DNA from: Microgenomates group bacterium Gr01-1014_5 | GTDB taxonomy: Bacteria; Patescibacteriota; Microgenomatia; UBA8517; UBA10165 | Reading direction: 5' to 3' | DNA: 64,000 nucleotides | NCBI GenBank assembly: GCA_007376395.1 | Contig: VMGE01000001.1 | Span: forward strand, 89,635-153,634 | Shown: one piece after another, positions 20,145 through 28,560 of the stretch | Position numbering within the stretch: the first letter of the stretch is position 1 | Layout of the letters: the number at the start of each line of letters is the position of its first letter | Notes under the pieces: generated by a model | What the model saw: the letters and a program-made list of their open reading frames with translations, nothing else | The model's database searches: none | Told to the model about the DNA's origin: nothing | Translations under genes and position numbers: made by a program

Positions 20145-20582
20145 CTAAAGATCGTACACATCTTTCGGCGTATGCATTGTTCCCAAACATTTAGGGCTCC
20201 CGCAAAAGCATTTGTGTTCGCACTTTGAGCAAGTGTCTTGCTGTGGATACCTGTAAGAAATTGTTAACTCTTCTCCCGGCTGAATATCGCAAATTGTAAC
20301 AAATTTAACAACTTTTTTCGTAATATCCATTGTGCAATTCGGGTCACAGGAATGATTTAATAAATGTACCCCAATTTGTGTTTTATCGGCTACAATTCCG
20401 ACTTCATCAGTTAAATACATTAAATATTCGTAGTTTTGTGGATCGACTTTATGATACGGAAGATACTTTCCGGAATACTCTCCTATCACTGTTCCGGATT
20501 TGATAGATTGAAGTGCAAAAACACCCCGTCCTTTACCTTTTGTTTGAAGAATTTCAAATGAACTTCGTGGAATAGAAAACAC
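20145..20582 (-). CDS. SET-domain protein (putative protein-lysine methyltransferase) with Cys-rich post-SET tail
   Basis: GRGVFA...GTVIGEYSG..., NHSCDPNC and ELTISY motifs, plus C-terminal CSKCEHKCFCGSPKC. Confidence 0.8.
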   Translation of the reverse strand: MFSIPRSSFEILQTKGKGRGVFALQSIKSGTVIGEYSGKYLPYHKVDPQNYEYLMYLTDEVGIVADKTQIGVHLLNHSCDPNCTMDITKKVVKFVTICDIQPGEELTISYRYPQQDTCSKCEHKCFCGSPKCLGTMHTPKDVYDL

Positions 20583-20604
20583 AAAAAGATTGTATCATTT
20601 TAAT

Positions 20605-20678
20605 GCGGGGCTGACCGGACTCGAACCGGCGACCTTCCGCGTGACAGGCGGACGCTCTAACCAACTGAGCTACAACCC
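20605..20678 (-). tRNA. tRNA-Asp (GTC)
   Basis: Minus-strand read GGGGTTGTAGCTCAGTTGGTTAGAGCGTCCGCCTGTCACGCGGAAGGTCGCCGGTTCGAGTCCGGTCAGCCCCG. Cloverleaf with anticodon loop CTGTCAC. No encoded CCA. Confidence 0.9.
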
Positions 20679-20780
20679 CAAACGCACTAATTTTACCACA
20701 AAAAATAGGTTTAAACCAATGGAAGTGGATAAATTGTCACTTGACAAAGTTTTCACTCTTAGTCTATTCTCTTTTAAACA

Positions 20781-21323
20781 ATGCCAGGTATTGAAGTAAA
20801 ATCCAGCCGACCAGTTCCCTTATCGCAAAAAGACCAAGTTGATTCCCAAACACACAGAGAAAAATTGTTGCTTGACTTAGACATAGAATCCGCAGGGAAC
20901 TTATTAGATCAACTGCGAGTGGTTTATGATGATATTCCACAACACGCTCTCTTAGTACGAGATGATTGGTCAAAAGTAATTTGCACAAAAGTGAGGCATG
21001 CTGAGGAAATTCTTCCTCTTGATGATTTTGCCGCTATACCGCGCCCGCGTAACGGAGAGTCTTTAAAAATACTTCTTGCCAGACTCAGAAAGAGCGTCAA
21101 GGGAAGACCGCAACATGAAATAATGATGTATCAAGTAGCCATAATTGACCGAACTTCCGCTAGAAAAGTATTCGGACTCGAGGAATTAACAGGTGTGGCC
21201 AAAACCGATTACGGATGGAAGGGTATGTTAAAAAACGGTGGAGACACAGAAGTATATATTTTATCTAAAAGGGTATCATCTCAAGGAATCGCGGAATTAA
21301 TACCTCTTCATATTGGCAAGTAA
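20781..21323 (+). CDS. hypothetical protein (180 aa)
   Basis: ORF downstream of a TTGACA-N17/18-TATTCT promoter-like region that overlaps the palindrome TTGTCAAGTGACAA. Confidence 0.4.
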   Translation: MPGIEVKSSRPVPLSQKDQVDSQTHREKLLLDLDIESAGNLLDQLRVVYDDIPQHALLVRDDWSKVICTKVRHAEEILPLDDFAAIPRPRNGESLKILLARLRKSVKGRPQHEIMMYQVAIIDRTSARKVFGLEELTGVAKTDYGWKGMLKNGGDTEVYILSKRVSSQGIAELIPLHIGK

Positions 21324-21355
21324 CTCATACCTTAGTACCGATTTCTAACGCGTGG

Positions 21356-21973
21356 TTGACAACAAATATTTTTTATCACATACTGCGATTAAGACAAGCC
21401 GTAATGGATCTAAAAGCTACCCTGAAGGCCATTAAAATAAATGAACCGACGCTAAGCACAATTCTCGGCGCATTTGTAATATTGGCAGTTGGAATTCTGG
21501 TTATTAATTACTTCCGCACTCCCGGAAAAACAGGTTCTATCACCCCTCCCGCCCAAACAACGGCAGAAGAAGCTGTTTCCCAAGCAGGAACCAAACATAC
21601 TGTTGCTTCAGGCGAACATCTTTGGAGAATTGCCCAAAAGTATTACAAATCCGGTTACAACTGGGTTGATATTGCCGAGGCTAATAATTTAACAAACCCA
21701 GACCTTTTGACAGTAGGCGCAGAACTCACTATTCCGAGTGTTCCTGGCAAGCAAAACACTGTTAACGCTCCTCCTGGGCAAACTGCTACATCTGGCGAAC
21801 CTATTCAGACCGACACTTATTCAGTAGTGCAAGGTGATGCTCTATGGAGTATTGCCGTGCGAGCCTATGGGGACGGGTATCAATGGCCAAAAATCTGGGA
21901 AGCAAACCGCGCCTCAATTCTCAATCCAAATCTTATTTACCCCGACCAAAATTTAACTCTTCCCCGCCAATAG
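21356..21973 (+). CDS. membrane-anchored protein with two LysM domains
   Basis: TM helix LSTILGAFVILAVGILVINYF followed by two LysM repeats (HTVASGEHLWRIAQKYY...TIP and YSVVQGDALWSIAVRAY...LTLP). The real start is likely the internal Met near 21404. Confidence 0.8.
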   Translation: MTTNIFYHILRLRQAVMDLKATLKAIKINEPTLSTILGAFVILAVGILVINYFRTPGKTGSITPPAQTTAEEAVSQAGTKHTVASGEHLWRIAQKYYKSGYNWVDIAEANNLTNPDLLTVGAELTIPSVPGKQNTVNAPPGQTATSGEPIQTDTYSVVQGDALWSIAVRAYGDGYQWPKIWEANRASILNPNLIYPDQNLTLPRQ

Positions 21974-21974
21974 C

Positions 21975-22103
21975 TTATCCCCCTTCGCGAAACACCGAGC
22001 GTTAGCTCGCGTATCAGAGCGAAGTCTCGTTCGCTTCGGAGGGATTCCGCTCCCTACGAAGCGTGGGGAGAAGATACCCCGACCGTTAGGTCGCGGGAGC
22101 TTC
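21975..22103. repeat. structured repeat family R1, copy 1 (~129 nt)
   Basis: Near-identical to 56894..57058. Several short hairpins with GTTA loops (cgagc-gtta-gctcg; cgacc-gtta-ggtcg) and AGCGAA...TTCGCT. Lies between the LysM stop and the pyrB stop. Confidence 0.7.
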
Positions 22104-22104
22104 A

Positions 22105-23049
22105 TTACCCGAGAAGCATTTTGAGTAAAGCCATGCGGGTATAGAGCCCGTTTTTGACTTGTTCAAAAATAACAACTCTTGGGTCGTTGGTAAATTTTTC
22201 GGGCAGCTCGCCAAAATCATCGCTTCGCGGCAAAGGATGCATAATAATACTGTCTTTAGGCAGTTTAGCCAATACTTCTTCGTCAATCGCAACCCTTGCA
22301 TGATTATTGTTTGTTGTTTTTCCTTCCATTCTTTCTTTTTGCGCCCGGGTCAAGTAAACAATGTCTATTTCTCCTGCGCAAGCTAAAATGTCCGCGTGCT
22401 GTCGGAAAACAACATTGTGCCGCCTCAGGTAATCGAGAATATCGGGTTTTATCTGAAAATCGTCCGAGGCTACAAGGTCTATAGTTATCCCTTCAAACTT
22501 CCCTAAAAGATAGGCTAGTGAATGCACGGTTCTACCGTTCCTCAAATCACCAACAAGTGCGACACGAAGTCCATCGATTTTCTCGAAATGGCGGCTAATA
22601 GTGTACAAATCAAGCAATGCCTGGGTCGGATGCTGACCAGTGCCGTCCCCCGCGTTTATTATTGGAATAGCGGAAACCGATGCGGCTTCAGTGGCTCCAC
22701 CCACTTCGTGATACCGCAAAACAACGGCGTCATAACCCAAAGCATTAACAACCCGTATTGTGTCTTTTATGCTTTCACCTTTTATTGCGCTGGAAAATTC
22801 TTTTGCATTTTCTGTCGAAGAAAACGTGGCCCCTAATTTAGTAGTCGCTTGCTCAAAGGAGATTCTTGTTCTTGTGCTCGGTTCGTAAAATAAAATACAA
22901 ACCGAACGTCCTGCCAAAAGACCATTACCTCTTGCCTCCACGACTTTTACCATGGATCTAGTTTCTGAAAAAAATTCTTCCACTAGCCAGCCCCGGCTAA
23001 ACTGCTGGGCTTCTAAAATGTGTCGTAAGCCTAGTTCTTTTGACATCAA
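22105..23049 (-). CDS. pyrB: aspartate carbamoyltransferase catalytic subunit
   Basis: STRTR carbamoyl-phosphate motif and HPLPR (ATCase type; OTCase has HCLP); 314 aa. Confidence 0.75.
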   Translation of the reverse strand: MMSKELGLRHILEAQQFSRGWLVEEFFSETRSMVKVVEARGNGLLAGRSVCILFYEPSTRTRISFEQATTKLGATFSSTENAKEFSSAIKGESIKDTIRVVNALGYDAVVLRYHEVGGATEAASVSAIPIINAGDGTGQHPTQALLDLYTISRHFEKIDGLRVALVGDLRNGRTVHSLAYLLGKFEGITIDLVASDDFQIKPDILDYLRRHNVVFRQHADILACAGEIDIVYLTRAQKERMEGKTTNNNHARVAIDEEVLAKLPKDSIIMHPLPRSDDFGELPEKFTNDPRVVIFEQVKNGLYTRMALLKMLLG

Positions 23050-23116
23050 AACTTTGTTTTGTGAAGATCTGTATTTTTATATACTCCCTTACGCTATATG
23101 TCAAGCCGCTTAATTG

Positions 23117-24310
23117 TTATTCGTACCTTAAGGCTTGAATCGGATTCATTTTTGAGGCCCTTAGAGCGGGAGCTACACCAAAAACTACACCAACCAGCAC
23201 AGAAAAACCAAAAGAGAGCGCTATAGACCACCAGGTGATTGTGGTTTGAAAGAAGATATTAACCAGCAAAGAAAAAGCGATCCCTAAAATTATTCCAATA
23301 ATTCCTCCCAAAGCAGATAGCGTCACCGCTTCGATTAAAAACTGCAGACGAATGTCTTTTGGCTTTGCGCCAAGCGCTTTTCTAAGCCCAATTTCCCGGG
23401 TTCTCTCGGTAACAGAAACTAACATAATGTTCATTATTCCAATCCCTCCAACTATAAGTGAAATTGCGGCTATTCCGCCTAAAGCCGCAGTTAACACTCC
23501 TGTGATTTGAGAAATAGTAGATAAAGTTTGTTCCTGGGTTTGTACTGTAAAATCGTCTTCTGTTAATCTTTTTTTAAGCGTCTTTACTGCTTCTGACTGG
23601 ACGCTTTTGATAAGCTCTGGTGTTTTTGCTGAAATTAAAATGTTTTGGACTCTGTCCTCGCCAAACTGCCTTTGCGCCGCGACAACCGAAATTGCGCCGA
23701 CGTTGTCTAGATCTATGCCGAAATTGGCTCCCCGCGGTTGAACAACGCCAATAACTTGATATTTTAAATTTCCGACGCTTATATACTCCCCAATCGGGTC
23801 TCTCCCTCCAAATAAATTCTTAACAACTGTTGGCCCAATAACAACTACTCTTTTTCCGGAATTCGCTTCAGAAAAAGTGAAAAAACGGCCTTTGTCTATT
23901 TTTAATGCAGAAATAATTTTAAAGTACGTTGCCTCAACTCCTGCAATTGTAACGTCTCTGTCTGTTTTATTCTGATATTTTAAAGTTGATGTTCTTTGAA
24001 TTGAAGCTGAAACTTCGGCGTCTCCCCCAAGAGCAACTCTGAGATTGTTTGCGTCTTGAAAAGTTAATCTATTAGCTTGAGACCCCCCTGGGCCGCGTCC
24101 ACCTCCAATTCTTCCCGGTATAACATACATAACATTAGCTCCAAAAGAACTTATTTGAGCTGTAATAAAACTTTTAAGACCGGAAACAAGAGCAACAAGT
24201 AAAATAACAGAGGTAACCCCAATGACGATTCCGAGAATAGTCAAGGAGGACCTTAGACGGTTCGCGATTATTGATTTAAAAGCCAATTTAAAAGTTTCAA
24301 AAATGTTCAT
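23117..24310 (-). CDS. ABC transporter permease, FtsX/MacB type
   Basis: 397 aa. N-terminal TM, large periplasmic loop and C-terminal FtsX-like four-TM bundle. Confidence 0.8.
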   Translation of the reverse strand: MNIFETFKLAFKSIIANRLRSSLTILGIVIGVTSVILLVALVSGLKSFITAQISSFGANVMYVIPGRIGGGRGPGGSQANRLTFQDANNLRVALGGDAEVSASIQRTSTLKYQNKTDRDVTIAGVEATYFKIISALKIDKGRFFTFSEANSGKRVVVIGPTVVKNLFGGRDPIGEYISVGNLKYQVIGVVQPRGANFGIDLDNVGAISVVAAQRQFGEDRVQNILISAKTPELIKSVQSEAVKTLKKRLTEDDFTVQTQEQTLSTISQITGVLTAALGGIAAISLIVGGIGIMNIMLVSVTERTREIGLRKALGAKPKDIRLQFLIEAVTLSALGGIIGIILGIAFSLLVNIFFQTTITWWSIALSFGFSVLVGVVFGVAPALRASKMNPIQALRYE

Positions 24311-25023
24311 CGTCCTACTTTCCCATCTTTTATAGTTATAACCCGGTTGGCATTTTTCGCAATACTGGCTTCATGGGTAATTAAGATAATTGTTTTCCCT
24401 TTTTTGTTTAAAGTTTTAAATAAATTAATAATATCTGCCCCTGTTTTTGAGTCTAAATTACCCGTTGGTTCATCAGCAAGTAGAATTTCAGGGTTTGTTA
24501 TTAGAGCACGTGCCACAGCAACTCTTTGTTGTTGTCCGCCGGACAATTGATTTGGTCGGGATTGAAGTTTGTCGCCTAAACCAACACTTTGTAGAATTTC
24601 AACTGCTCGAAGGTCTCTTTCTTCTTTACTAACTCCGGAATATATTAACGGTAACTGTACATTTTCCAAAGCCGAAGTTCGACCTAGCAAATTAAAGTTT
24701 TGAAAAATAAAGCCAATTTTTTTGTTTCTCAGGGAGGCTAGAGTCTCTTCTCCTAAACGGGAAACATCTTGTCCGTCGAGAGTATAAGTTCCGCTTGTCG
24801 GATTATCTAATAATCCCAATATATTCATTAAAGTTGATTTTCCGCTCCCGGAAGGCCCGACTATCCCAATAAATTCACCTTTTTTAATCTCCAGGTTTAT
24901 GTCAATAAGCGCATGGAAGGAAAGAGTGTCTGTTTTGAAGATTTTATTTACTTTGTGTAACTTAACGAGAGTTGCCACGGAAGCCCCCTCCCGAGCCTCT
25001 TTGAACACCAAAAAGCCGCCCAA
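24307..25023 (-). CDS. ABC transporter ATP-binding protein (MacB/LolD-like)
   Basis: Walker A GPSGSGKST, signature LSGGQQQRVAVARAL and Walker B ILLADEPT. The start is probably downstream of the annotated Met because of a 62-nt overlap with the adaptor gene. Confidence 0.9.
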   Translation of the reverse strand: MGGFLVFKEAREGASVATLVKLHKVNKIFKTDTLSFHALIDINLEIKKGEFIGIVGPSGSGKSTLMNILGLLDNPTSGTYTLDGQDVSRLGEETLASLRNKKIGFIFQNFNLLGRTSALENVQLPLIYSGVSKEERDLRAVEILQSVGLGDKLQSRPNQLSGGQQQRVAVARALITNPEILLADEPTGNLDSKTGADIINLFKTLNKKGKTIILITHEASIAKNANRVITIKDGKVGR

Positions 25024-26104
25024 TGATATTGCCTATTCCACCGCTTGTTCTCGAAGGCGTAATGTTTGCTGGATTTACAACAAAGAGCTCGCCCTCCTTT
25101 AGTCCTGACTTTACTTCGATGTCTGTATCCCCAACAAAACCTGTTTCGATTTTTCGCGCAACAATATTCCCGTTTGTTTGAACATAAACTTCGTTTGCTT
25201 CGCTATAAACCTCATCTTTACTAACCAGGGCGTCTTGGGAAACAGTTAATATATTTTTCGCTTCTTTAGTAATAATTTCAGCTTGACCCGTAATTCCGGG
25301 AACAAACGTCATTTCAGGATTACCTAAATTTACTCTTACAACTATTACGGTTGAACCGCTTGAAGTAGTCTTTGTAACCGGAATAATTTTATCAATTTTT
25401 CCGTTAAAAACTCTGTCTCCCGAGGAGTTTAGCGTTACTTTTACTTCTTGGTCTAATTTAACTTTGTCTATATCTGCTTCGTCAATTTCTGCGTCAAAAT
25501 AAATTGTGCTTTTATCTACAATTTGGATAATTGTGTCAGAAGAAGCAACACTTGCTCCTGTAATTGCCCCAACCTTTGTAACAATTCCGTTAATGGGAGT
25601 AGTAAGAGTCGATTCTCTTAAAGCCCTCTCGGCATCGCGTACGTTATCAAACGCATTATCTTTCGCGACTTCCGCCGTTGTTCTGGTTTGTCTCTGAGTT
25701 AATGTTTCGTCAGAACTGTGCCCTTTGACGTCATCCAGGATTTTATCCAAAATTGCCTGCTTGTCCCTTAGTGTATTTTTAGCCTGTTGAAGTGAAATTG
25801 ATAACTCCTGGGTATCAAGTCCTGCAAGAGCTCGATTTTTAGTTACATTATCTCCCTCTTTCACACTTATATATTTTAAAATTCCACTACTTTGAAAATG
25901 CAGATTTGCTGTATCTTTTCCTTGAAGCGTACCGGAAGAAGCAACGGTTTGTTTTATATCCTGAACCTTTACAATTCCTGTTTCAACCGCAACTTTTTGC
26001 GAGTTTCGTCCAAATAAAAACCAAACACCAAACAAGACGGCAATGACGAGTAGTATTTGATACCGGTGCTTTAGAGATAAGATTTTTTTAAGGGCTTTTT
26101 TCAC
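24962..26104 (-). CDS. HlyD/MacA-family periplasmic adaptor (membrane fusion protein)
   Basis: 380 aa. N-terminal TM, coiled-coil, beta-barrel/lipoyl-like regions and Gly-rich C-terminus. Forms an adaptor-ATPase-permease operon. Confidence 0.75.
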   Translation of the reverse strand: MKKALKKILSLKHRYQILLVIAVLFGVWFLFGRNSQKVAVETGIVKVQDIKQTVASSGTLQGKDTANLHFQSSGILKYISVKEGDNVTKNRALAGLDTQELSISLQQAKNTLRDKQAILDKILDDVKGHSSDETLTQRQTRTTAEVAKDNAFDNVRDAERALRESTLTTPINGIVTKVGAITGASVASSDTIIQIVDKSTIYFDAEIDEADIDKVKLDQEVKVTLNSSGDRVFNGKIDKIIPVTKTTSSGSTVIVVRVNLGNPEMTFVPGITGQAEIITKEAKNILTVSQDALVSKDEVYSEANEVYVQTNGNIVARKIETGFVGDTDIEVKSGLKEGELFVVNPANITPSRTSGGIGNIIGRLFGVQRGSGGGFRGNSR

Positions 26105-26123
26105 TAAGCTCAGATTATACCAC

Positions 26124-26153
26124 TTTGAGCCTAATTTTGCGCTGTTGTATAAT
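26124..26153 (+). promoter_or_regulatory. sigma70-like promoter for the tRNA-Gly transcript
   Basis: TTGAGC (26124-26129), 17-nt spacer, TATAAT (26148-26153). Confidence 0.55.
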
Positions 26154-26184
26154 ATAAGAAGTTTACTTCGAGTGTTAACGAGAA

Positions 26185-26227
26185 GCGGGATTAGTTGAAC
26201 GGCTCAACAGAACCGACTTTATCCCGT
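26185..26227 (+). other. tRNA-like 5' module (7-nt acceptor strand GCGGGAT plus D-arm-like GTTG-AACGGCT-CAAC) upstream of tRNA-Gly
   Basis: GCGGGAT is complementary to ATCCCGC at 26350-26356, and also locally to ATCCCGT at 26221-26227. The adjoining ATCCCGTTAA (26221-26230) pairs with TTAACGGGA (26312-26320) across the tRNA-Gly. Confidence 0.5.
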
Positions 26228-26230
26228 TAA

Positions 26231-26302
26231 GCGGTGGTAGTTCAGTGGTAGAACGTCTCCTTCCCAAGGAGAAGGTCGCCGGTTCAAATCCGGTCCACCG
26301 CT
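26231..26302 (+). tRNA. tRNA-Gly (CCC)
   Basis: GCGGTGGTAGTTCAGTGGTAGAACGTCTCCTTCCCAAGGAGAAGGTCGCCGGTTCAAATCCGGTCCACCGCT. Anticodon loop TTCCCAA, discriminator U. Confidence 0.9.
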
Positions 26303-26332
26303 CAAAGAGTCTTAACGGGACAAGGTAGAGAA

Positions 26333-26357
26333 ACGGGTTCGACTCCCGTATCCCGCT
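26333..26357 (+). other. tRNA-like 3' module: perfect T-arm (ACGGG-TTCGACT-CCCGT) plus acceptor strand ATCCCGC and discriminator T; no anticodon arm
   Basis: The sequence differs from the tRNA-Gly 3' half, so it is not an att-site duplicate of that tRNA. It pairs with the 26185 module. Confidence 0.5.
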
Positions 26358-26417
26358 CTGAGCGTTACGAAGAGAGGATATGATCCGAAGCGATTATCCC
26401 GCTCCAAATTTTTAATA

Positions 26418-26957
26418 ATGGCTGAATCTACCGACAAAGACGAACGAATAAACCCTGCGATTACCTATGCTGTAAAAGCCGGGAAAGAGATCACTCCTGA
26501 AGATATAGCTGGAATAGAAAATATGGCTGAAGAAGCAGTCACCACATTTAACACGCTTAAACACCAAGGAAAAATACCCAACAGTGTTGATTTTGGACCG
26601 ACTACACACATCTTCGCATACAAAGCGTTAAAAAACCCAAACAGCGACTTTTGTGCTGCCTTTGCCTACGATAACGGACACGTCGTCGGATATAGAATTA
26701 TCCCAATTAAAAAAGAGACTAGAGGCATCTCTAGTAGCTATCTTGGAGTAGCCATAACCCACCAACGCCGTGGAATAGCTTCAAAATTAGTTACGGAAAC
26801 TCATAAAAAGCTAGTTGAAATGGGGATACGCTCCTATGAGACCATTGCCGTTGCAGAAGTTTTAGAACTTTACAAAAAAGCAGGCGTTGAGTTTACAGTC
26901 CTTGAACCTCCCGGGTCTTACCACACTGAAGGGTATAAAATTAACGTAACCCTTTAA
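26418..26957 (+). CDS. GNAT-family N-acetyltransferase
   Basis: VAITHQRRGIASKLV is a GNAT motif A-like acetyl-CoA loop; 179 aa. Confidence 0.55.
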   Translation: MAESTDKDERINPAITYAVKAGKEITPEDIAGIENMAEEAVTTFNTLKHQGKIPNSVDFGPTTHIFAYKALKNPNSDFCAAFAYDNGHVVGYRIIPIKKETRGISSSYLGVAITHQRRGIASKLVTETHKKLVEMGIRSYETIAVAEVLELYKKAGVEFTVLEPPGSYHTEGYKINVTL

Positions 26958-27133
26958 CCCTCGAGTTGTTTTTTAAGTTCTTCGAGAGTGTGTTTTTTGG
27001 CTTCTTCTTTCGTCATTCCCCACTCTTTAGCCATTTTATCAAAATCTTCCTCGGTCAAGGACGCTCCGCCTTGAGAAAGCGTACCTTTACCCATATCGTC
27101 ATCAGGCATTCCGCAACCGCAGTTGTAACACAT
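26954..27133 (-). CDS. small Cys-rich protein (59 aa), not in the ORF track
   Basis: My translation is MCYNCGCGMPDDDMGKGTLSQGGASLTEEDFDKMAKEWGMTKEEAKKHTLEELKKQLEG. A perfect SD GAAAGGAGGTG sits 7 nt before the ATG (reverse complement of 27131-27133). It overlaps the convergent GNAT stop. Confidence 0.55.
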   Translation of the reverse strand: MCYNCGCGMPDDDMGKGTLSQGGASLTEEDFDKMAKEWGMTKEEAKKHTLEELKKQLEG

Positions 27134-27204
27134 ATAAACACCTCCTTTCAGTCAGTGAATTTCTAATTTCTAATTTTTAATTTCTAAACCTATGGTATAT
27201 TGTT

Positions 27205-27939
27205 ATGTATTCAATGCAAGAATTCAAGGTGAAATTAACGGACAAACGTCAAGAGGCTTCGGGTACAAAAACTTTTCTCTTCGAAAAGCCGAAGGACTTC
27301 GAATATATCGCAGGACAATACGCTTATTTCACCCTTCCTGAGTTAAAATTCCCGGATCCGAGAGGTAAAATCCGCCATTTTACGCTTTCTTCTTCACCTA
27401 CTGAAGATTATTTAAGTATCACAGTCAGAATGCGTAAAGAAAGCGGTTATAAAATGACGCTTGACTCGCTACCTTTGGGAGCAAAAATTGATTTCCGTGG
27501 ACCGACTGGAGACTTTGTAGTTGATGAGACAGACACAAGAACTCAGGTTATGATTGCAGGTGGTATTGGCATCACTCCTTACCGCAGTATTATAAAAGAC
27601 GTTTCCGACCGCGCCCTTCCAAACTCAATCCATCTGATTTATGCTAACTCACGGGTTGAAGAAATTACTTTTAGAGATGAATTAACTCAAATTTCTGAAT
27701 CCCATCCAAACATCAAAGTTTCCATGACTGTCTCCAATCCCGATGAAAACAAAGAACCCTGGCTCGGCCTCACCGGTCGCATAGATGAAAAGCTCCTCCA
27801 ATCTCTAACCTCTAGCCTCCAAAATCCAGTTTTCTGGCTTTGTGGTCCACCCGCAATGGTTCAGGCTTTAGAAGAAGTCCTAGAACAACTCAGGATTCCT
27901 CAAGAACGAATAAAAATAGAAAAGTTTAGTGGATATTAG
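27205..27939 (+). CDS. FNR-like FAD/NAD(P)-binding oxidoreductase (ferredoxin/flavodoxin reductase family)
   Basis: RHFTLSSSP (RxYS FAD motif) and MIAGGIGITP (GGxGxxP NAD(P) motif); 244 aa. Confidence 0.65.
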   Translation: MYSMQEFKVKLTDKRQEASGTKTFLFEKPKDFEYIAGQYAYFTLPELKFPDPRGKIRHFTLSSSPTEDYLSITVRMRKESGYKMTLDSLPLGAKIDFRGPTGDFVVDETDTRTQVMIAGGIGITPYRSIIKDVSDRALPNSIHLIYANSRVEEITFRDELTQISESHPNIKVSMTVSNPDENKEPWLGLTGRIDEKLLQSLTSSLQNPVFWLCGPPAMVQALEEVLEQLRIPQERIKIEKFSGY

Positions 27940-27996
27940 CCTCATTTGACGTATTTATCCCTTGACGTCATGTAATATTTATGATTTTCTGAGGCT

Positions 27997-28482
27997 ATGA
28001 AAGAATATTTCAGCCTCGGTACTTTCCTCAAAACCTACAAAGATGATGAAGCTTGTTTAGACCACATAAAAGAAATTAAATATCCAGCTGGTGTTTTTTG
28101 TGAGAAATGCCAAAAGATAACTAATTTTACCAAAATTAAAGATAGACCTGTTTATCAATGGTCTTGCGGATATCAGATATCTCCTCTAGCCGGAACTATC
28201 TTTGCAAAAACTACTACACCCTTACAGTTTTGGTTCTATGCAGTATTTATCATGACCCAAACTCGTTCTGGAGTTTCTGCTAAGCAATTACAAAGAGAGC
28301 TTGGTGTAACTTACAAAACATCCTGGAGAATGTTTAAACAAATAAGAATACTCATGGCAAATGCGAATAAAGGTGGGGAACCTTTAGATGGGATTGTTGA
28401 AATAGATGAAACATATATAGGAGGAAGGATAAAACGTAAAGGCGTTTGGGCTGGAGGTATAACAATAGGAAATATCAGGTAA
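27997..28482 (+). pseudogene. N-terminal fragment of an IS1595/ISXO2-like transposase (Zn-ribbon plus beginning of catalytic domain); truncated
   Basis: Cys/His-rich Zn-ribbon (CEKCQK...CGYQ) and VEIDETYIGG motif typical of IS1595-family transposases. It stops at 161 aa (full length is about 300 aa) and no DDE core follows. Confidence 0.5.
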
Positions 28483-28560
28483 GATGTTCGAGTTGTTACT
28501 GGGAGAGATAGCGAATGTTAAAGTATTAAAACAAATAAAAACAACTTAGAATTAGCGGGG

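Noticed and set aside
20590-20799. 69-aa plus-strand ORF
   Set aside because: It lies directly over the minus-strand tRNA-Asp gene and its promoter region. It is a translation artefact of the tRNA sequence.
26966-27166. 66-aa plus-strand ORF
   Set aside because: The opposite strand carries a much better candidate (the 59-aa Cys-rich ORF with a perfect SD). The plus-strand ORF is F/R-rich nonsense.
27940-27996. Direct repeat TTGACGT x2 / GACGTC palindrome upstream of the transposase fragment as an IS terminal inverted repeat
   Set aside because: No matching inverted copy could be found downstream of the truncated transposase, so an IS boundary cannot be supported.
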